NCBI GenBank assembly: GCA_046563655.1
Contig: CM102288.1
Coordinates: forward strand, 186,001 to 250,000
Reading direction: 5' to 3'
Origin: Yuukianura sp. NJ FZ-2021
Lineage: Eukaryota
DNA: 64,000 bases
In this document: in pieces, positions 49,274 to 64,000 of the stretch
Position numbering within the stretch: position 1 is the first letter of the stretch
How the letters are laid out: each line of letters opens with the position of its first letter
Translations under genes and position numbers: made by a program
Notes under the pieces: model-generated
What the model saw: the letters and a program-made list of their open reading frames with translations, nothing else
Database searches by the model: none
What the model was told of the DNA's origin: nothing

Positions 49274-52200
49274 TCAGGAGTCGGGGTCATGCGGATCCAG
49301 AAACAAGTCACGCGGTGGGGGAAGGCGTCTTCGGGAATCAATCGTGCTCGTTCGGCTGCTTCCGCTGCCGTGACCTTTGGTTGACCCCAGGCAGAGTCGG
49401 CGCAATCCAATGCAAATGAGGACCAAGAGGCAACAGACGATTGCTGACGTTAGAGCGGCAGCGATTGGTAAATAGACTGCTGGCGACATGAACTGGTTCA
49501 CAGTGAGCCAAAAAGAGTCACACGATTTTTCATCCTGCAGAGACACGGGACAGTCCACTATACCATTGCACCTGAAACCAAACAATCAACAGCAAAATGA
49601 TCAACAGAAATTAGGCAAACATTTTTATGTAATTCATTTTTACCATAGCTTTTCACTAATACAAGCCTGGAGTTCTGGACAAAAGTACTGACACACTTCG
49701 GCATAACTCGGAATCGGTTTGGTGGCTGTCGGCCCCACAAGATGTGAATTTTCAGTGTCTGTTACCCCCGGGGGACCGCCGATGGATCGCCCAAGGTCAT
49801 CGCCATTTTCAAACATTGACTTAAAAAATGGGTCATCGAAGGGACTAAAAATGTCTTTTTTGTCTACACTCGTTCGGTTGAAATTTGCCGCCGCTGCATG
49901 TGCTGCAGCTCCCATTCGTGTTGACTCTTTTTCCATTGCTTGAACTGCCGCCTTCATTTTTATCGACATCACTTCCAACCAGTGGATTCTGTACGATCCC
50001 AATTCACGTCCAACGAATTCAATTACTGAAAAAAAAATCAAAATTTTGAAATCTTTCAATACATTTTTCAAAAAATAAATTTTTCAAAAATATTTCATAA
50101 ATAATTTTTTGCTAATTTCTTCAAAAATGTTTCAAAAATTATTTTTGATCATGTTGCATGTTTACCAAATTGAATTTTGGGTGGAGGGTAGAGCGGAGAC
50201 ATGAATTTGCTAAAATCTTCTGAATAAATTTCGACAGTTTGAGGCGGAGGGCGAGACGTCATTTGGTGTGCCGATGCTGGACAAATTTTCTGGACAAGTT
50301 GTCCGTCTTGATTGTACACAAAAATTCTGTTTTTAGTTGTAGCACATTGTCTTTCTTGTATCGGAATGAGTGGAACGTGACTACTGCCAGTAGTTCCAGT
50401 AGTACTGCCAGTACTTTTTGTGTAAGTAGGTAGCGTTAGTGATCCGTTTCGACCAAATGACATGCTAGGAGTATGTTTCCGTTCGTCCATCATTGGTGAT
50501 CCAGGCACTCTGACATACAAACTGTGTCCATCTGAGGCTTCAATGAGCCATGGATAATAGTCACACGATGGCGGTCGATCTCTGACTCCATTTAAAAACG
50601 TGCTAGAAAGCGAAATGAGGCCAGCCTCAGTCCGCATGAAGTGATTGTCCGAGTGACATCCACCAGAACCAATCAAGTAGTTGAACAAAGCAAAAAACGT
50701 TTCGTGACTGTCTTCGTTCCGCATATTTTCAACAGTAAACACAAACTCTACTTTTCTTCCCAAAAAAGTGACGGATTGTCCCGAAGTGTTGCCACAAATA
50801 CAGTGATGGTGAGAACTCAAGTTGGAATTTGTCCAAATGTACTCGTAAAGTCGTATTTCTGCCTTGACTGGTTGACCTTGACCTTCTGCAGCAGAACTAC
50901 TGGCAATACTGGCAGAATACTGGCAAGTATAACGACCAGTTTCAGCATCCACGACAGTTTTGCATTGCCTGTCACCGAAAGATGTGTTGGTGACAGTGAG
51001 GTGTAGACTTTCGTACGGCGCAAGACTAATTGTGTAAACACAAAAAAGTTTCGTTTTGCCGCCTCGACCAAAATCAAAAACGTTGTCGGTGGTTCGAAAA
51101 GTTCCGCGTTTTTTCATTTTTGCCGTCGTGTAATGCCGGTGACACGTTCCGTCGTTTCCGACGTGACGCGTCACGAATTCGTAGTTGAATTGGTAGTGAA
51201 GCGGCCTCAGAGCAGTGCCCTGCAAAAATTTAAAAACAATTTTAGAATTTAGAATTTCATTTTTTGAAATATGAATTTAGAAATTGAATTTCGTACATGA
51301 TGAAACTGTTGTTCGACGATGAGACGCGAACCGGCTGAAATGTAGGATTCATTGCCCGTACAAGCTCTAACGTCTCGCGTTCCGTTGGCCAAGGCTTTGT
51401 GGTCACAGAGTCTAGGGAGGTCCGTATCACAGTACGTTCCGAGCAGAACTTCATTGCGCATGTCCAGTCCATCCATAATACGCAGACGCGTGGAACAGTT
51501 TCCACTCATGTCCTTTGAATCCTACAAAAAAGTTAACAACCAACAATGTTAGGCTTATGTAAAAAAAATTGTGAGGCTAAAGTTAGGCTAGGTTAGGCTA
51601 AAAAGTCTTAACACTCCAGTGCCAATGAAAAAGTTGAGTAGCGATCCCTTTAGCGTCAAAGCTACAAAAACTTGTGAAGCACTTTGGTCCAAATCAATTA
51701 GAAGTTTGGAGTTGGTTTTACTCTGTTTTCAAAGGGGTCAAAGTGGAGACTAATTGGATCGCTACGCACTTTCTCTTTGAATAGCCTTCCTCTTTTTTTG
51801 ACTTTCTTTCAAAAAGTTGGTTTCGTTTGATGTAACAGGAGTTGAAAGGATAGTTGTTGATGAGATCTTACTTTGAGTGGCTGTCTTGTGTAGGCTACAA
51901 AGTAGATCCATATGTTTTCGTACTTGGATCCTCTGAACTCGTAGCGACAAGTTGTGCGTGGAGACAGCGTGTGTCGTGGACTTGTAACTGTTCCGTACTT
52001 CCGGGCTATCCAGTTCCCACCGTACTCCTGCGCCTTGTACTCACCTCCTCCACTCGCCTCATTCCCCTTCTCACTCACAAACTAAGCACATCAAACATTA
52101 ATATGGTAGTTATGTAATATAAAATATTTTATAAAAACGTTTTTTAATAAAAAAAATTATAATTTAACAAAAAATTGAAAATTTAGCCATCTTCTCAGTC

Positions 52201-55200
52201 AAAACAAGTCGTTAAAACCGTTGAACCTGACGTAAAAATAATTTGACCTTATCTACGATTTCGAGGAAAAGTTGAATGGAGTTGAGTTTCTCTGGAGAAA
52301 ATGACGAGAGAAAAAGGAAGTGAAAGTTGGTCATGGTGTTGTTAGGCTAGGTTTTCCTTTAATGTTATGTTGAGGAGAAAGTGCACTAAGGTGAAAGTGC
52401 GAAGAACATGATGAAAATAAGACAATAAAAGCGGGTTCAATTCATATTTTATGGGACGTCGTTGGGGCCTCTCGAGGAACCAACAACGGCACTTCCAATG
52501 ACTTGTTAAAAAACGAACTAACTTCCACCTTCCTCGCAACGCTTACTCTCCACTTCAAAAATTTCACAAAAATTAATCTTAAAATTTTTATCTACCTTCC
52601 AACAGTTTCTTATGAATCTTTCGTTTCAATGAATAAAAACAAATTTCTTGTAAAACGACATTTTTGACACGCATCACGCATTGTTTTTAAACCCTAAAGA
52701 ATAATGGTGAAAGTAAAGTGAAAACAATTTTTAGTTTTGAAAAAATTAACCCCAAAAATTGTGTTTCTAGCTTACGTAAAATGTGCAATTGTAATTTTTG
52801 TTTGAATAATCGGCACTGAGTGAGTCAACAATGACTACATCAACGTCCAGCTCAAAACCGCTTAGAGACATGGGATATGGCGGTGGCGGTTTTGATTCTA
52901 GTGGATTTCCATAAGGTGTCGCGTGAAAGGCAACTAGAACTTCCGGACCTGAAAACAAAAATTTGAAATGTTTGTGAAGGAGAAAATTGTTTATAAGCGA
53001 GGATTTAGGGTAACTCGATTAATTTTCAGGAACTAATTACATGGACAAAGTAGTTCACTATTTTGTTCCTTACCGGAAGAAGTAATTGGTGGAAGCGTAG
53101 CAGTGGAGCATATTTTGAGTAGAACGGGGTCATCTGTGGTCGTTCCGTCGTAAATGATGAGTGTATCCGTAGTTCCTGTACAGTCATCCCAGGCCATAAA
53201 TGTGTCAGCATGGCTCGACAACTCACTCGTCACTCCACTACCCGCCCGCCCGCCGGGTATTCCCCGCAGTTGAACTTTGTGTGGATTCGGTTGCGAAATT
53301 TGAATTAGCACGCGTTTGCACGTCGGGATTTCCCGTTGTCTTATGGTAAAGTAACAAGTGACGTTTCGCGGGTAGAGACCCGGGTAATTCGGGGTTTGGA
53401 GTTTGCAGGGTTTCTGGTGACAGGTATCGAATACCCGGCTACAATAAGTTCCGGGTACAAGTTCCCCTCTTTCGATGGGGTTCGACGGTACTCCATACCT
53501 GTCGAAACAAAACCCAGCATGGGTTAAATTGACCTTTGACCTTTATTCAGGGTTGACGTACCGTACTAATGCAAGGCCACGAGGTATAAATTTGTAGCGG
53601 ATTTTAAATTCGAATTCCAAAGGTTGTTGGCTCGACGTTCCCGAAATGACGGTTTTGTCACCCTTGGTCATCGTGCGTACCGTTTCGGAACCGGACTTTT
53701 GAAACGTTTCGGATTCGTTTTTCCCGCTGGCGGTATTTCCTCCGATACTAAGCGTAAGTGCTACGGCACTCATTTCCGAGTAGTACACTGCGTATCCGGA
53801 ACCAAATCCACACCACTGACCGCCCGTGATTGGACGACTAATTTCAGCCACCTAAAACACACAGAAAAACAATAAAACACAGTGTTAAGACCGTAAAACA
53901 CAAAAACAGTGTTAAAACGGTAAAACACAACAAGTAAAAAACACAGTGGTGAAAGCGTAATAAAATCAAAAGAAAAGAGTCAGTGTTGAAAACTCGAATC
54001 ACAAAAATGAATTAATAGAAGCAATAAGACTTATTGCTTCTTATTATTACTTATACGTATACTTAATTAAACTTCAGAATCAATAACTGCGTAAAATACA
54101 AGGAAAAAAAAATTGTTTTTCATGGCTCAAAGAACGCACAAAGGTGAAAAGTGTACAACCTTTAAAAAAAACGCCAAAAAAATTTTTTTAGCACAAATTG
54201 CTCGCAATTTATTTCTTTTCTTTAAAAAAGAACACGCCAGAAATCTATCCGTTTCAGCACAAATTGGTGCCCTAATTTTTTTTTTACTTTTTGCCCACGA
54301 AATTTGAAGATGTGTATCTCACACCACTTTTGGGTCAAAATGGTTTTAGCTTTCACTGACTTTCATCGACCGAAATCGGATGAGTTTGTGCTTTCTCCAA
54401 TGCAGCTACACTTATACTACTACACTCCTCAAATTTTATGGAAGTCTATTGACGTTTATGGTTTCATTCCCTCTCCTCCTTTTTTTTCTTTTCTTCCAAT
54501 TCACTCAACTGGAAAACTAGGCTCAACTTTCTTTTTCACATAAAAAAATTTCAGCTTTCCTTCTTACGTCTTTCAGTTTCCTAAAAACTTCACTTTTCTC
54601 TCTACAAAACAAGTCTTCTTTTTTTACAAAACAAGAAAGTAATTGCCCTCCAGCAACAACGGAACTCGTCACTTTCATGGCACAAAAAAACTTTCACCAA
54701 ACTTGAAAACACTTCCAGAAAAAAGTGCTTTTCAACAAAAGCTAAAAGAAAAAGTTGTTCAAAATTTTGAAAACCAAAATTCGAATTTCAAAAAAAAAAC
54801 TACCTGCAATGATCCATCCGAACATCCATCGACTGTAGGAGACGTGAGTTGGCCAATGTTAATCGAATCAAAGATGATCTGAAACGTTAAACAAAATACA
54901 AAATAAGACAATAAGTAAAGCACAAGAGTGAAAGTGAGGTGTGAATTAGTTATTCGAGTTAATTAATTTTTAATTAGTCTTAACACAGAAGTTGATCAAG
55001 TAAAGTGTTTTAGTAAGTGTTGGATTAAGTATACGTTAGGTCCATTTCTAAACCGAGTCGTAACTAATCTTTTGTGGGTGGATTTAAGTGTCTCTGGAGA
55101 AAAGGCGGGAATCTGAGAACGAGGATTTATGCCTTTCACTTGTGGAAAACGAAACTCCTTTCTCCAAATTTCAAATTAGTCCACTTAACCCGCCTTTTCT

Positions 55201-58200
55201 ACTTGTACTCTTTTTCTAAAAAGGAAGTTTTTGAAATTCGTTTTTTGAAAAGTTTTTGTATCAAAAAACCATCTTGAAATAGTAATTACGGGAGGTGAAT
55301 TAAAATTTTGGTTAGTTTGTGAATTAATTATGAGTTGTAAATTTAATCAAGTTTGAGCGTGTGTAATTAATTTTGGCTCAAATGCTAACAAATGACACGA
55401 GAGAAGTGAAACGGAATTTGAAAAAGTGAAAGTTTGCTTTCTGCGAGTTCTCTTTGTTGGCTGCTCTTACAAAGGGGGAGCCTGGAGCGTGTGTAGCTTA
55501 ATTGTACAACAGAGGAACATAATGGCACGTGACAGGGGCGGAGCTACGTTCGTTTTAGCTGGAATTTGGTGGAAGGTGAGAGCCAGTAAAAGACAATGGA
55601 CAAAGTTGGTTTTTAGTCTGGGAAGGAAGGAAGTTTGTGTTATTTGGTCGTAGGGAAACGTCAACGGAGAGGAACTAATTGCTTGTCTCTAGTGACACCT
55701 CGTGTAACTAAAGAGCCAGGAGTCATGGGACCCATAACCATTTTAGGCCAGGTCAAAGGTCATCATGACCCATTTCCATCAAAATTTATATCCAAACCAA
55801 AATCCTCCCTCCGTTAACCAAACGACCTCCTACATGCTAATAGTATATTTTAAGTTTGGTGTAAAATAAATGCAAAGCTTTCAAAAAAATTCAAAACTTC
55901 ATCAATTTCGTAACCTCCGAGCGAGACGCCAAGATTGCTTTTGAAAAACATAAAAATCAAAAACTAGGAGAAAGTGCTTAAAAAAATGGAATATGTAAGA
56001 ATTTTTTTTCTGATGTTTTTTTTTCAAGCTGTATTATGCCAATATTTTTCAAATTTTGTGAATTTTTGAACCATGAAAGGCGTATGGTAAAAGTTAAATA
56101 CCCAAAACGAGTCTTTTTTTATTTTAAAATCGTTAGCTCCAGGGACAAACGACCCGGATTTTCACCGACTTTTTTCGAAAGAAGAGAAAGCGGAAAGTGA
56201 AAGGACAAAGTCTGGAGTAATGAGAGCTCTTGCCGCTCTTGACTTTTGGAATTTGAATTTTCCGTCCACCATTAAATTCCAAATCTGGTTTTGTGTAACC
56301 TCGGGAGGAAGGTGATTGGTGGAATGTCAATAAGGAAAAACCACTTTGGCAGCACGACATTCCAGGAGACTCACGCAGTGTCAATATTTCTACTCACTCC
56401 AAATTGCCAAACCTCAAATTCAAAGTGTACCAAAATCCCTGGACGAGATGCCACTCTGTCACTGCTAAAGCGTAACCATCCAAATCCTTACCTCAAGTAA
56501 CCATGCGAAACATAGCTTTTAGTTGGAGTTTATACCAAGAGTCACTGAACCCAAGGTCATTTGTCAGTCCAAAACTCTGTGGTACAAAGTTAGCTTTGAA
56601 ATGTCTCACAATTTAATTTGATATGAGATTTGTAATTCCGTTTTTGATTTGATTTCATTTCTTTTTGGTTCATCTTTTGTGATTGCAAATTGATGCATGT
56701 TTGAGTGGAAATAGAAATCTTGATGAACTTTTTTGGTTTGAGGTTATTGAAGGTGTGTTGATGAGTTTTAGGTTTGATCGAAAGCGTAATAAATCACTGT
56801 ACGGAGAATCGGTTTGTGCCGTTTCCATTACTTCTCAGACATTTCGTGTCGAAGGGCTTGTTTTTGTTCAAATGATTGATTACTTTTAGTTGGTCACACG
56901 GAAGTAAACCACTCATACTAAAAACACACGTTTCATTTAAAAAGAAAACTTTCTAAAAGAAGCCAGTTTCACATTTCGCCAATTTCCATTTATCCTGTGA
57001 TAGAAAAGTCAGCAAGGGAAAACTTTTGCACATTTTTGAAAACTGTTGTAGAAGAAGCTAAATATGACCAAGATATTTACAAAAACTAACAAAAATTGGG
57101 GGGAAAATAGTCTAAAAAAATATGTAATTCGGAAAAGTAGACATTATAAAATTTGGAGAACATTTTATGAAATTGGAACTGTGCCAATTAAGAAATTTAA
57201 AAAGGAACAAATTAGATAAATTAGAAAATGTGAGAGTAGGAGAAAGTACTGTCAAGCTGGAAAACTCAGAAAGGGAGAAAACTCTTGCTAAAAGAAGTGA
57301 GCGGGAGTAAATGTCAAAGAAAACGGAGGGAGTAACTATAAGTGGAGGAGAAAGTAAGATGAAATGGGCGACAGAGATGGAGGGGACGAGTGGAGGTTGA
57401 GTTGAGATATGTTGTGTCCCTCTCTGTGTCCTCCGTCATCATCATCATCATCTTCTGTCCCACTTTCTTTTGATCTGTCCAGTGTCATGATCCTCTTCTT
57501 CTTTTTCCCATTGCACTACACACTACTAAAAGTAGGAGTGAGTGAAGAAGATTGAAGGGTTGTAGGATTTGGTAGATGATTTGGAAAGCCGTTTCGTCTT
57601 TCGTCTCCAAACTCACTTTTTCCTCCACTCAGACCAAATTGACCAGAAGATTGAAAATTTCTTTCCACAAAAACACGTTTCTCAAAATTTAGAGCCCTCA
57701 ACAACTACTGAGAGTAGAAACTAGAAAAACTTTCTCTGGGTTCTTAAATTTCATTTTATATTTTCCGATTTTTTAAGCTTAGGGTTTCCCAGTAACGTTT
57801 AAAAAAGTTTGGTCTTTGTATTCAATTTTAATCGAGTTGACATTTTCATTGAGAAAAAGTTCAAAAGCTTTTTTCAAATTTTTCCGCGAACAAAGTTGAC
57901 CGGGCACAGGAAGGAGAGTGGTTTTGAGGGTTTTTAACAACGAAGTGGAAATGTTGTCAATTGGATTGTATGCTGTTTCAAAGAGAAGGACAGGAAACAG
58001 GTCTTTTCACTTGGACTTTTCTCTTTCCGCCAAAATTCAAACAACTCAATTTCAATTTCAAACTTCCTCCTCGTCCCTCCAAATCCACAGTTATTCGTGT
58101 TTGGACTTTGGCTGAAAGTAAACTTAAAATGGAAAATAACACAAAATCAAATCCCGTTGCAGAAGTGCTAATAATGAAAGTTGTAAAGGAAAGTTCAAGT

Positions 58201-61200
58201 TTAGGAATGTTCACTTTTTAGCAAAACTGCTTGGAGAAGTTTTCATACATAAGTTAAAAGTTAATCGTCCTCATCGGAGTATTTTCATCGCGTTATGTTG
58301 AATAAGAATAACGCGTTTTCTTATTTTATTTTTTGCATTTTTAAATTCTAGTCAGGGCTGGTTCGCATTTAGCGTTAGCATTTTTTCTTAGTAATTATTT
58401 TTTATTATTATTTTCTTTTTCCGCTATATGATTTGTTAATTTATTGATTCTAGTCTAGTTCTTCACGAGAAATATTTTCTTTGTGTTACCTGGACTAAAT
58501 CTCCGAAATCGTCTCCAGCAGCGGCAAATGTGAGTTGGCATACGAAGTGGTTTGAGAGTTTGGGTGGTTTGGATGGACTGGAAGGTGGTTGGTGGTTAAG
58601 TGGATGGTGGTAACCACCCGACATGGACTCAGATGACAACGAAATGCTATAAGTCGATCCCCATTCTCCATAATACGTTCTATTACAAGCTGTAATAATA
58701 TAATACAAATTAATTATAAATCAATCTCACATACAACTAACTTATTTCTCTAAAAAATAGGCCATGAACCGCCCCAATTGAATTTCCACAAGCATCTTCC
58801 ACTTTCGGTTTGATTTTTTAAGGCTTAAATTAATCTGGAAAAACTGGGTTGAAATCACGTTCTTGGCAGCGGGAATTCCCCGAAGGGGAGCGAAAATGGA
58901 GCTAATGGAAAAGCAAATAGTGCAAGACGGAAATTCCCGCCAAAGTTCAAACGCTTCCTTTCTCCTGCCAATTGTGTTATTAAGGCACCCAATTCCAAAT
59001 GCTTTACTTCAATCTCCTTCCAAGCAAACCAAAGATTTGTTTAGAATGCCAGGAGCTTCATGTCACAAGGGACATCACATAAGAAACGAGATTCTACTTT
59101 CTATGCCTTAAAATTCAGTAGGGAATTTGAATCATTTTTGAATTTGAATCCATTTCTCAGTTTAAACAAGAAAAAAGGACTCTACAATACAAAAAAAGAG
59201 AGTTTTATTTAGTAGCGAAAGCTACTTTATATATCGAGCTTGTCTTTCTGTCTGTCCAGCCTTCTGTTGGCGGCAATTGCAATTCAAAATTGACGAAAAC
59301 ACGGTGCCACTTCAACCAACTCATTGAAAGTTCAAAGGGAAAGCAAATTGGGAGTTGGTTGAAGTAAGGCAGACCCATCCATTTGTACCCAACAGACTTG
59401 AACAATTTCCTGCTCCTTTCAGAATCCCGGGCAGGTGAAGCTCACTTTGCTTTTCAAATTCAAATTTCCGATGGATCCCTCCAGGAACTTTCTCTTTTTA
59501 GGCCAGAGTTAGCAGTACTCTGTGCTTCCAAATGTGAAGTTGGCGACCTCAAATCCCAGAGCGGTGGTGGAGGTCGTGGTGGCCCTCCAGAACTCTGTGG
59601 CCTCAAATGCTAATCCAGGACTTAAATCAATTATTCATGTTTTAGATGAAAACCCGCTCTCTGCCCTCAACACTTTTCACCAGAAGGGACTGAGTAAACA
59701 CCTTCAAAATTGAAAGCATAATCAAAAGGAAAACCCAAATTTATGGAGGTCTCTCCGAAAAGTGGACTGAAAAGTGAAAATTTTACTCTTTTCTTCCTGT
59801 TTTCACTTTTACTCGTTTTTGACCTACTCAACTTTACCTTTTTATCATTTTTTTTCTGTACATTGGCGGTGGTACTAATCCATTAATTTATAAAATTCCT
59901 TTTAAAACAACCCAAAATTCACCCGTTAAGCTAAACACTCAATTTGTTGATCAAAGAAGGCTTTAATTGGATTTAGGGGAGGAAAGAATTTTCTTTGTAA
60001 AAATGGAAAGTAAAGAAAATACTTCCTCTTTTTTTCACTTTCTGAGAACCCTTAAGTAAACATTTTCCGCGTTTTGTTCGGAAATGAAAATTTTGAAAGA
60101 AAGAGAAGCGCGAGAAAAACCGCGGGAGTGGTGGAGAGAGGAGCCCAATTGATTGCGTTGTCACGAGATGAAGGAGAAAGTAAAAAGAGCCACTTTCTTT
60201 GCGTTTTCTTTGAAGATCCCAATTCCCAGGGAAACATTTCCATAATTTCCTCCCCCCATCACCACCCACCCTGCCCCCTCAACCCCCCCCCCACCTTACC
60301 TTTATAACTAAAGCTCCTTTCGTCTCTTACGAACAATGTTATGAAAGGTCCTTTTGTTACTTTGTGTCGAAAGACTAAAAAGAGAGAAGATTCTTTCTCC
60401 TGCTTTCTCTTTTTTAGTCCAGGGATCGAATCTCCGTCTCATCTTCAATTTGAAAAGAGAAAGAAAGTGTATGTTGCTTACGCGTGCACCGAAGAGGTTC
60501 GTCTGAGGCCAATCCATCCTGACAGTCGTCTGTTCCATCACAGTACTTCGAACTCGGAATGCACTTCCCCTTCCCACAACTAAATTCAGATATTCTGCAC
60601 ACGCTTCGGCTCAAACGACCTGCAAAAAAGTAAAAACCAAGTTCTTTATGGAAAACACAAAAAATAACGAATTTGTTTTTCGAATTTGGAGATTTTGTGA
60701 AGCTCTTGATCCTTTTTAGTTCAAAGACAGCACAGGATTCGCCTGATTTGACATTCAATGCCACAAAGTGTAGGGTTCCTACATATTTTCAAAAATCTCA
60801 ACAACATTCGTAAAGCTTCAACAACTCCAACCTAAATCCCAATTTCAGTTTGTTAACCTTACGATAGTGTCTTACATAAAAATGACAAAAATTTCATCAA
60901 AGGGAAACGAATTTTGTCAAGTTCCAAGAGAATCTTCTTGAGTAGAAAATGAAAAATTTTGTCTTTTAAAAAAGAAAAAAAAACTTCAAAACTAGTTTTC
61001 TGAAGAAGCCATTTTTCTGCCACTTTCACCAGAAGAGAAAACAAAAGCAAAGGAACCTAAGCTTTGTTAAAGCAAAGCTTGAAAAATTTTTGTTTAAAAA
61101 AGTTAAATTTTCCCTTCTTTTTTTGTCACATCTTAAATTTTTTTGAACTTTATCAAATAAAAACGTTGAAATTTTAGCTTACGGTTGGTAGATTTTGTTG

Positions 61201-61492
61201 AATTTGGTGAAAGGAGGATGGAGTGAGCCCAGTTGTCGACTTTCTCCTTGAACAGTTCCACTTGTGCCTCTTCTCTAATTTGAGTGGCTCTGGATTTTTG
61301 AATTTGGCGGGTTTTTGAATTTAGAATTTTGTTGGGTTTTGAAAGGACGTAGAGGAGGTGAGTGACCTCCGGCGGATGAGTGGCAGTGGTTGACGTTACA
61401 TAAAGGTCACTTGGGCTTTGAGATGCTGGAAGGGAGTGGAGAGGCCTTATGCCTCCCAGAATCAGAACTAAGACGAGTCCAACCCAGTTCAT
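49274..61492 (-). CDS. Large type I membrane protein with LDLa and multiple CUB-like domains (uncharacterised arthropod-type family); about 12 exons
   Basis: Signal MNWVGLVLVLILGG (61492). LDLa CRISEFSCGKGKCIPSSKYCDGTDDCQDG (about 60482-60620). CNRTYYG (58690), GCSDG (54830), GQWCG...YAVYYSE (53800), CRYEFRG (51950), LGTYCD (51430). Second LDLa CISEKLWCNGIVDCP, TM LPIAAALTSAIVCCLLVLI and a short tail. An in-frame upstream ATG at 61636 is an alternative start. Confidence 0.8.
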
Positions 61493-64000
61493 GTCCGTCT
61501 GCCTTCTGGCGGGAAGTGGAGCAGAACTGATGGAAGAAGACAGACAGTGAAAGTTTGTGTAAGGGAGAAGATGGGATTTGACTTTTTCATAAAGTGGAGG
61601 ACACTCATCATGTTCTGTCGAGGCGTCAACCCGCATCACTCCTCTCCTTCCACAAGACGCTCTTCTTCCGAAGGCTGTTGTTTCTAACTTATAACCGGAG
61701 AAAGCAGGAAAGAAAGTCCCGGGATTAGCTCAACACGAACTTGGTTCATTTCGTTTCTGCTGCGACGGAGCTCCGTTCTTGAGGAAAAATGGAAGAGGTT
61801 ACGTGCTGTCCCATCCACTTTTTCTCTGGAAGGCGAACGAGGAAAAGTCAACAGCTTTTTCTCTATTTTCTCGTCTTTCTCCCTAGAGATGAGTTTGAGC
61901 GGAGGAAAAAGCGCGGGAACTGGAAAAAATGAAGGAATTAAATCTTGCTGGTTACGGTGCTACTCCAAGGTAAAAACTTTTCTCTTCCAAAACGTTACAT
62001 CAGCAACTTTTTTAACTTGTGTTGAAGTAAAACTAAAAAAGTGGAATAATGAAAAGGAAAAGTTGTTCTGGACACTTTCACATAAAAAAAGCAACACTTA
62101 ATCAAAATAAAAGTCAACTGGAGAAAGTCCATCTCTCTTCATTCTGATTCCACTGCAGATCTTAATACCTGAATTAAAGACAAAAAATCAGTTAACTCAA
62201 ATCCCACCAGATTTAAAACTAAAACGTAAATCCACGAAGAGGTCAAAGGTCATTGACCTTTTCCACATTTCAGTTTCAGCAGTCGTTTTAAATTACATGC
62301 CTGAATATATATTCTAACTTTGCATGTTCTAACTCTGTCCTTTCCGTAAATCTTAATTTTGTTAAAAGATCCGTCGGAGAAGAATTTTCAAAAAGTAATT
62401 GGCAGTGAAGGCACAAAATTTTTCAAAAAACTAAAAATGCCGCTTTTCTGTGAGAAAAGCTAAATATGCGTAATTTCAAAAAGACGGAGGGAAAACGGAA
62501 GAGAAAACTTTTTGGAACATAATTTCCTTCTGCAAAAAGTAAAAAAAAAGTTTACGAGTAGGAAATTGGAGCAAGTAAAAGCAAATTTATGAGAACGAGG
62601 AAGAGATAGGGCGGACCCCGAGTTAACTCTGCGCCAAATAAGCAAAAAAGAGAACTTTTGAATTGCTACTTTCTCCTACATAACGCCGGGAACTAGCAGA
62701 AACATAGCCTTACTTCCCATTAATTTGTACCTTGTTTAGGAGCCTACAAGCAGCTTAACGCTACTTCCAAAAACTACGGCCAAAAACTCCGTGTGTGGTT
62801 TAGACAAGAAACAATTGAGGGTCATTAGGCTTCCAGAAAGAGAGTTTCATCTGGTGAAAGCACCGACTTCACATCATTAACCGAACCGTTTCTAGAATTC
62901 TCAAACGCTCAACTTCGATTTCTGAATTCCAACTTTCACCAACTCCTACTTTCTCTTTCACTTGAATTCCACATATTTGAAACTCCTTTGTAGTGAAAGT
63001 TGTTTTGTGTTTTGGTGGTGTTGGAAAAGTTGTGTTGTGTAGCGAAGTTGATGGGTTGCATGACAAGGAGTTTATGATCCCTTGACATGCAATCAGACAC
63101 ACTTCAAGTCCCACCTTACTTCCTTGTTTACATTCAAAATAGGATGTTTCCGAGGAAAGGACAAAAGGGCTCGTAAATTGCAAAGACGTTTTACCACACA
63201 CACACACTTCCACTTCAAAGATTTTGTTTCCAGGGTTTACAGATTTTCAAAGGTTTGGAGTGCCAAAGTGAAAGTGAGACTCAATTCAAGCAGAGAAAGC
63301 TGCGTCAACACTTACACAACACAAAAAAATGCTTCGCAGGTTAGAAGCCTTAAGGCGAGCTGCCAGCTCTGCAAATTCTAGAAATTCTAAGCTTTTAAGT
63401 TGAATTTTTAAGAAATTTTGCGTTGAGTTGCATCGACTTTACACTGAAGTTGGTTTTACTGCGAGTGAAAGCGAGCTGCCGCATGCATTTCTTTGTTCTG
63501 CTTTCGACAAAGATAAATTGGGCGTGACAACCTAGGGAAAGAACGCATTTTCCAACATTACGGTGCAGCCAAGGGAGGGATTGAAGCAGAGATCACATTT
63601 ATAGTATGAAGAGATTAACAAACAAAAAGTCATGCAGAATTTTTTAACAAAGTTTAGATTTCTGAACCGTAAGGAGTGATTAGTTTCCTCCAATTTCGTC
63701 AACAGTTTTTCTATTGCTAGAATTTGTTTGTTGAACTTTTGAATTTTGAACTTATTTTGGATAAGACGAGAAAAGAAAGTTATGATGACACTTCTACCCA
63801 TTGAAAGTCTTTTGAATTTTATGAATTTCTACATTTTTGTCCGCAAAGATTCCATTATTTTCCATTTTGCTTTTCAGCGTCTCCTTTGCCTTGGCTGTGG
63901 TGGGCTGCATGTCACATATTTCATTCACTCTTTTTTTCCTTTCTTTCTTCAAATCAAATGAAGTATGACTGCTGCTGCGTTCTGTCGACACAGCACAAAT

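Noticed and set aside
51549..51600. TTAGGC/TTAGG telomere-like repeats
   Set aside because: Only 4-5 degenerate intronic copies; not a telomeric array.
53860..53950. Degenerate AAAACACAGTGTTAA repeats next to an acceptor site
   Set aside because: Low-complexity TG/T-rich intronic tract on the coding strand with no further structure.

Overview
Compact, AT-rich eukaryotic genomic DNA with short GT-AG introns. It is most likely an arthropod (SIFamide-type receptor, gustatory receptor); the exact taxon cannot be fixed from sequence. About 19 protein-coding genes were reconstructed by hand across splice sites, in order: the 5' end of a probable class C/ANF-type receptor, a 4-TM protein, two divergent Cys-loop channel subunits, LUC7L3, a three-gene cluster of secreted proteins, importin-5, a second 4-TM protein, a G/Q-rich orphan, a gustatory receptor, an LRR-like membrane protein, a SIFamide-receptor-like GPCR with two alternative TM1-TM2 exons and three antisense nested genes (two LITAF, one SMYD), a second G/Q-rich orphan, and a large LDLa/CUB membrane protein. 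The secreted cluster holds an M14-propeptide-like/Cys-rich fusion, a 35-aa cationic 8-Cys peptide missed by the ORF track, and a bacterial-type class II cholesterol oxidase. Top findings: (1) intron 2 of the bacterial-type oxidase is a 202-bp TIR element with an 8-bp target-site duplication whose junctions create the GC donor and AG acceptor, an Introner-type intron gain; (2) AGGTCA/TGACCT nuclear-receptor-like motifs form dense islands that fill small introns and invade coding sequence of some genes but are nearly absent from the housekeeping genes; (3) the hidden cationic Cys-rich peptide and the surrounding secreted cluster; (4) alternative TM1-TM2 exons in the GPCR. No rRNA, tRNA or CRISPR array was seen. 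All exon boundaries are manual predictions.
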